Source of the DNA: Podarcis muralis
Taxonomy: Eukaryota
Direction of reading: 5' to 3'
DNA: 64,000 nucleotides
NCBI RefSeq assembly: GCF_964188315.1
Contig: NC_135661.1
Location: forward strand, 27,404,001 to 27,468,000
Positions 60,266 through 64,000 of this stretch are shown piece by piece. The translations under genes and the position numbers were made by a program. Each line of letters opens with the position of its first letter. Position 1 is the first letter of the stretch. The notes beneath the pieces were generated by a model. The model saw nothing but the letters and a program-made list of their open reading frames with translations, did no database searches and was not told the origin of the DNA.

Positions 60266-61857
60266 GGGGGGGATGAGAAACTGGGAGAATCGAGGGGGAT
60301 GGATCCATCCCTGCCTACCCCCATGCAACCCAAGATGAACTGCACCCAGAGGCGAAGCAACCTGCTCTGGTACCCGGAGCAGAGCGCGTCCCAGGGGGTG
60401 CCACCAACCGGAGGTCAGCATTTTGTCACCCCCCCCTTTGGAATGGTACCCAGGGCAGATCGTCCCCCTGTCCCCCCTCAGAATGCTCCTGACTGCACCC
60501 AAAGTCAGGCAAGTCGCTTTGCTACCTTCAGCAGGAAACTCCCCAAGTGCTTCTATCTTCCCCTTGCCTGGCAGAATAAATAAAATCCTAACACATTTGC
60601 TAACAACTTGCTGCCCTTTTGTGACTCTCAGCGTCCTGAGGTGCCCACTTCTCCCTGCCAATGGTACGGCCAGACTTGTAGGGCTTCCGAAATGGATGCT
60701 GTCCATGGGCAGATCCTGCTCCTCTCATCTGGCAACTTTGCCTCTTCAGAGAGGGAACTGGGAAGTTCAGACAACCTGGTCTCATCCCCAGGGGGGGTCT
60801 GGGGCTTCAGAAGGCTGGCTGGGGGTGGCTGGCTGGCTGGCTGGGATCCTTCCTCCCTTTTCATAAAAGTAGCTTTTCTCAAACTACCGACTCCGAGACA
60901 CAACATCCACCTTTCATTAAATGCGGACTGCCAAAACCAGGGCTCTCTCCCGGTCCCTGCTGCCCCCATACAACAAGCAAGTTAATCTCACAAATTCTAT
61001 ACATGAAAAGGCAGTGTGGGGAAGGGGGGGGTGTCCACATCTGCCCCCCCATCCAACAGCCTCTTATGTTTTATAATGAGACAGAAAACACTAAGAAAAG
61101 AGTATCAATCCAATCAATACGGTTATTTAGGCGATAATAGGATCTCAGCCAGAAGGGCTGGCGTCGGCACTTTCCACACAAAACCGTGGCTATTCCAGGC
61201 TGTCGTGCTCAGGTGGCGGATCGATGCTCTGAGACGGGGCCCAGCTCAGGCTGAAAGGCAGCTGCCTGGTCGTGTTTCTCCGGGCTTCTGATTCCAGCTG
61301 AGGGCACCAAGAGATGCTTGGCTCTCCCTTGCAAGCGACCCAGCCATGCCAATTTCCTTGGAAGCTCATTCTTGGGGATGCAGGAGGTAACTGGGGTTGA
61401 TTGGGAACTAGAGGGGAGCAACATCAGCCCCAGAGAAAGGACCAGGCAAGGACCTTCCGAGGGGTCAAACATAGTTTGCACAGAGTTGCAAGGGGGACCT
61501 GTATTCCCATCAATCCACAGACCACAAAGCGGCTTAAGGGGTCAAACAGGGAAAGACCTAAATACCCATTTACTCCTTTCCCAACTGAAGCTTCCTAGAA
61601 CTACTTTGCTTTTTTTTTTTAAGAGTCGTACAGAATTCTACCCTAAATCATTCAGAAAAAGGGCAATGCATTCACAGAGGAGGGGAGGTCTATGAATGGC
61701 TATGATATCTGAGTGGAACATCCATATATAGAAGCAGTCTACCTCCAAAAACCACAGGATGAGAACAAACCAACAGCAGAAGGCTACAGCTGTCCTCTCC
61801 ATAGGAGCTTCTATGGGGTCAGCGACTGCTCCCAGAAAGATGCAATTTATTTCTTTA

Positions 61858-62722
61858 ACAGAATTCATCATGCGAAAGGCTGGAATGGATGAATCCCAAA
61901 CCGGAATTAAGATTGCTGGAAGAAATATCAACCACCTCAGATATGCAGATGACACAACCTTGATGGCAGAAAGTGAGGAGGAATTAAAGAACCTTTTAAT
62001 GAGGGTGAAAGAGGAGAGCACAAAATATGGTCTGAAGCTCAACATCAAAAAAACGAAGATCATGGCCACTGGTCCCATCACCTCCTGGCAATAGAAGGGG
62101 AAGAAATGGAGGCAGTGAGAGATTTTACTTTCTTGCGCTCCATAATCACTGCAGATGGCGACAGCAGTCACGAAATTAAAAGACGCCTGCTTCTTGGGAG
62201 AAAAGCAATGAGAAACCTAGACAGCATCTTAAAAAGCAAAGACATCACCTTGTCGACAAAAGTCCGTATATTTAAAGCTATGGTTTTCCCAGTAGAAATG
62301 TATGGAAGTGAGAGCTGGAATATAAAGAAAGCTGATCACCAAAGAATTGATGCTTTTGAATTCTGGTGCTGGAGGAGACTCTTGAGAGTCCCATGGACTG
62401 CAAGAAGATCAAACCTATCCATTCCTAAGGAAATCAGCCCTGAGTGCTCACTGGAAGGACAGATCCTGAAGCCGAGGCTCCAATATTTTGGCCACCTCAT
62501 GAGAAGAGAAGACTCCCTGGAAAAGACCCTGATGTTGGGAAAGATTGAGGCCACAAGGAGAAGGGGACGACAGAGGATGAGATGGCTGGACAATGTTCTC
62601 GAAGCTACCAGCATGAGTTTGACCAAACTGCGGGAGGCAGTGGAAGACAGGAGTGCCTGGCATTCTCTGGTCCATGGGGTCACGAAGAGTCGGACACGAC
62701 TAAACGACTAAACAACAACAAA
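61858..62722 (+). mobile_element. 5'-truncated RTE-BovB LINE (RT C-terminal half), one frameshift, (AAC)n tail
   Basis: IKIAGRNINHLRYADDTTLMAESEEELK…; 1-nt deletion near 62092 (WQIEGEEME expected); …WCWRRLLRVPWTARRSN…VHGVTKSRTRLND* followed by AAACAACAAC. Confidence 0.96.
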
Positions 62723-63727
62723 AGGTACATCACTGCACCTGCAGGATCAATGTATGCACACAGAAAACAAGGCAGCAGGCATGATCCAACCCAGCAAATC
62801 CTTACGGGATTCACCTAGAGTCAGAAGGCTCTTCTACCCGCAGCAAGAAAAATAAAGCTTCAGGGTGGAGATTGCCAGTACATCCCTTTCTGAAAGACCA
62901 CCTCTTAACAACTCTAGTACAATATGAGGTGCCCATCCCCTTCGTTAAGCCAAGGCTGATTACTAAACGCAATTAAGGCGGGAGGATCTCCTTCCGTCTG
63001 GAAGTTCCCCACAGAGTCATTTCCGTCCATGTCTGCATTCTGATTACAGAGCCAGCATGGGGTGCTCATCAACATGTCTTCCATGATTGGCTAACAGGCT
63101 CCTTCAAAGTGCCCTGGAACAGGAAAATTCCCACCCGCAATGGAAGCTCACTGGGCTGGCAAACGGACCTCTGCCAAATATCATGCAGTCCTGCCTTGCT
63201 TTTCCTTTCGTGCGCCTCCAAATGCTCCTCTCGCCCCCATGTCTAAAACTGACATACCACACCGCTTATCCCTCATACTTGGACTGGATTAAATTCTTTC
63301 TCACTGATGGGTTTTGTTTGGCTTCTGTTTTCTCTGTGCAATGGATGGTATGGGAGAGATCTATTTTTTGCGGGGGGAGGGAATGGATTAAACTTTTTTT
63401 TTAATGACCTACGGGCTCAGGATGGTCCTAAAAGCCCCTGGAGAAGGCTAGGACACAGCCCAGTGCCCCCGTGCTGACGGTCATGCTTCAGAAGTGCAGC
63501 TCTACTCTTCTCTGCAGGACTTAAGCCACAGAGCAGTCCACTATTAACCTTTCCATAGCTGGACTCAGAAATGTAAGTGAGCTGGAACTGTGTGGCTTAG
63601 CAGCCTTTCCCAGCTGCTGGCTGGAGGAGATGATGTGCTTCTCCTACAGCTCAAGCTCTTATTTGGGCCAGTGTGTGGATTGTCGTACCTGTGACTATGC
63701 GGTGTGAAAACCAGTTTGCCTGCAACT

Positions 63728-64000
63728 CATAGAATGGCAGAATCATAGAATTGGAAAGGACCACATGGGTCCCTCTACTCCAGGCTTCTTCAAACTCGGC
63801 CCTCCAGATGTTTTTGGCCTACAACTCCCATGATCCCTAGCTAGCAGGACCAGTGGACAGGGATGGTGGGAATTGTAGTCTCAAAACATCTGGAGAGCTG
63901 AGTTTGAGGACACCTGCTCTAGTCCCGTCCCTGCAATGCAGGAATCACAGCTCAAGAATCCCTGACAGATGGTCATCCAACCTCTTTAAAAACCTTCAGT
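63728..64000 (-). mobile_element. CR1 3' end interrupted by an hAT MITE
   Basis: AGAATCATAGAATTGGAAAGGAC…[MITE]…CCCTGCAATGCAGGAATCACAGCTCAAGAATCCCTGACAGATGG. Confidence 0.8.
63781..63916. mobile_element. 136-bp palindromic hAT MITE
   Basis: TIR CAGGCTTCTTCAAACT; TSD CTCTACTC/CTCTAGTC (7 of 8 match). Confidence 0.88.

Overview
Eukaryotic, non-coding genomic DNA from a squamate reptile. The repeat complement (Sauria SINE, Squam3-type SINE with (CTT)n tail, young L2 and RTE-BovB LINEs) points to a lacertid lizard such as Podarcis, Lacerta or Zootoca. No host protein-coding gene, rRNA, intact tRNA or CRISPR array can be supported. The only recognisable ORFs are retrotransposon reverse-transcriptase fragments (L2, BovB). 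A large fraction of the window is interspersed repeat: several SINE families, CR1/L2/BovB LINE 3' ends, Tc1/mariner and hAT MITEs, a Penelope remnant and an apparent solo LTR. Between them lie repeat-free, homeodomain-motif-rich blocks that look like conserved non-coding elements, suggesting a long intron or gene desert near a developmental regulator (inference). Highlights are: a five-layer nested TE stack at 41.6-43.2 kb; a chimeric TIR element carrying a captured L2 3' end, present twice with the same junctions; a decayed Penelope hammerhead ribozyme; a dense TGACA (TALE-homeodomain) site cluster; a candidate recursive splice site; and three isolated candidate exons. I found no evidence for a wholly new gene system. 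Family names were assigned from recalled consensus sequences, not from a database search, and coordinates of old repeats are approximate.
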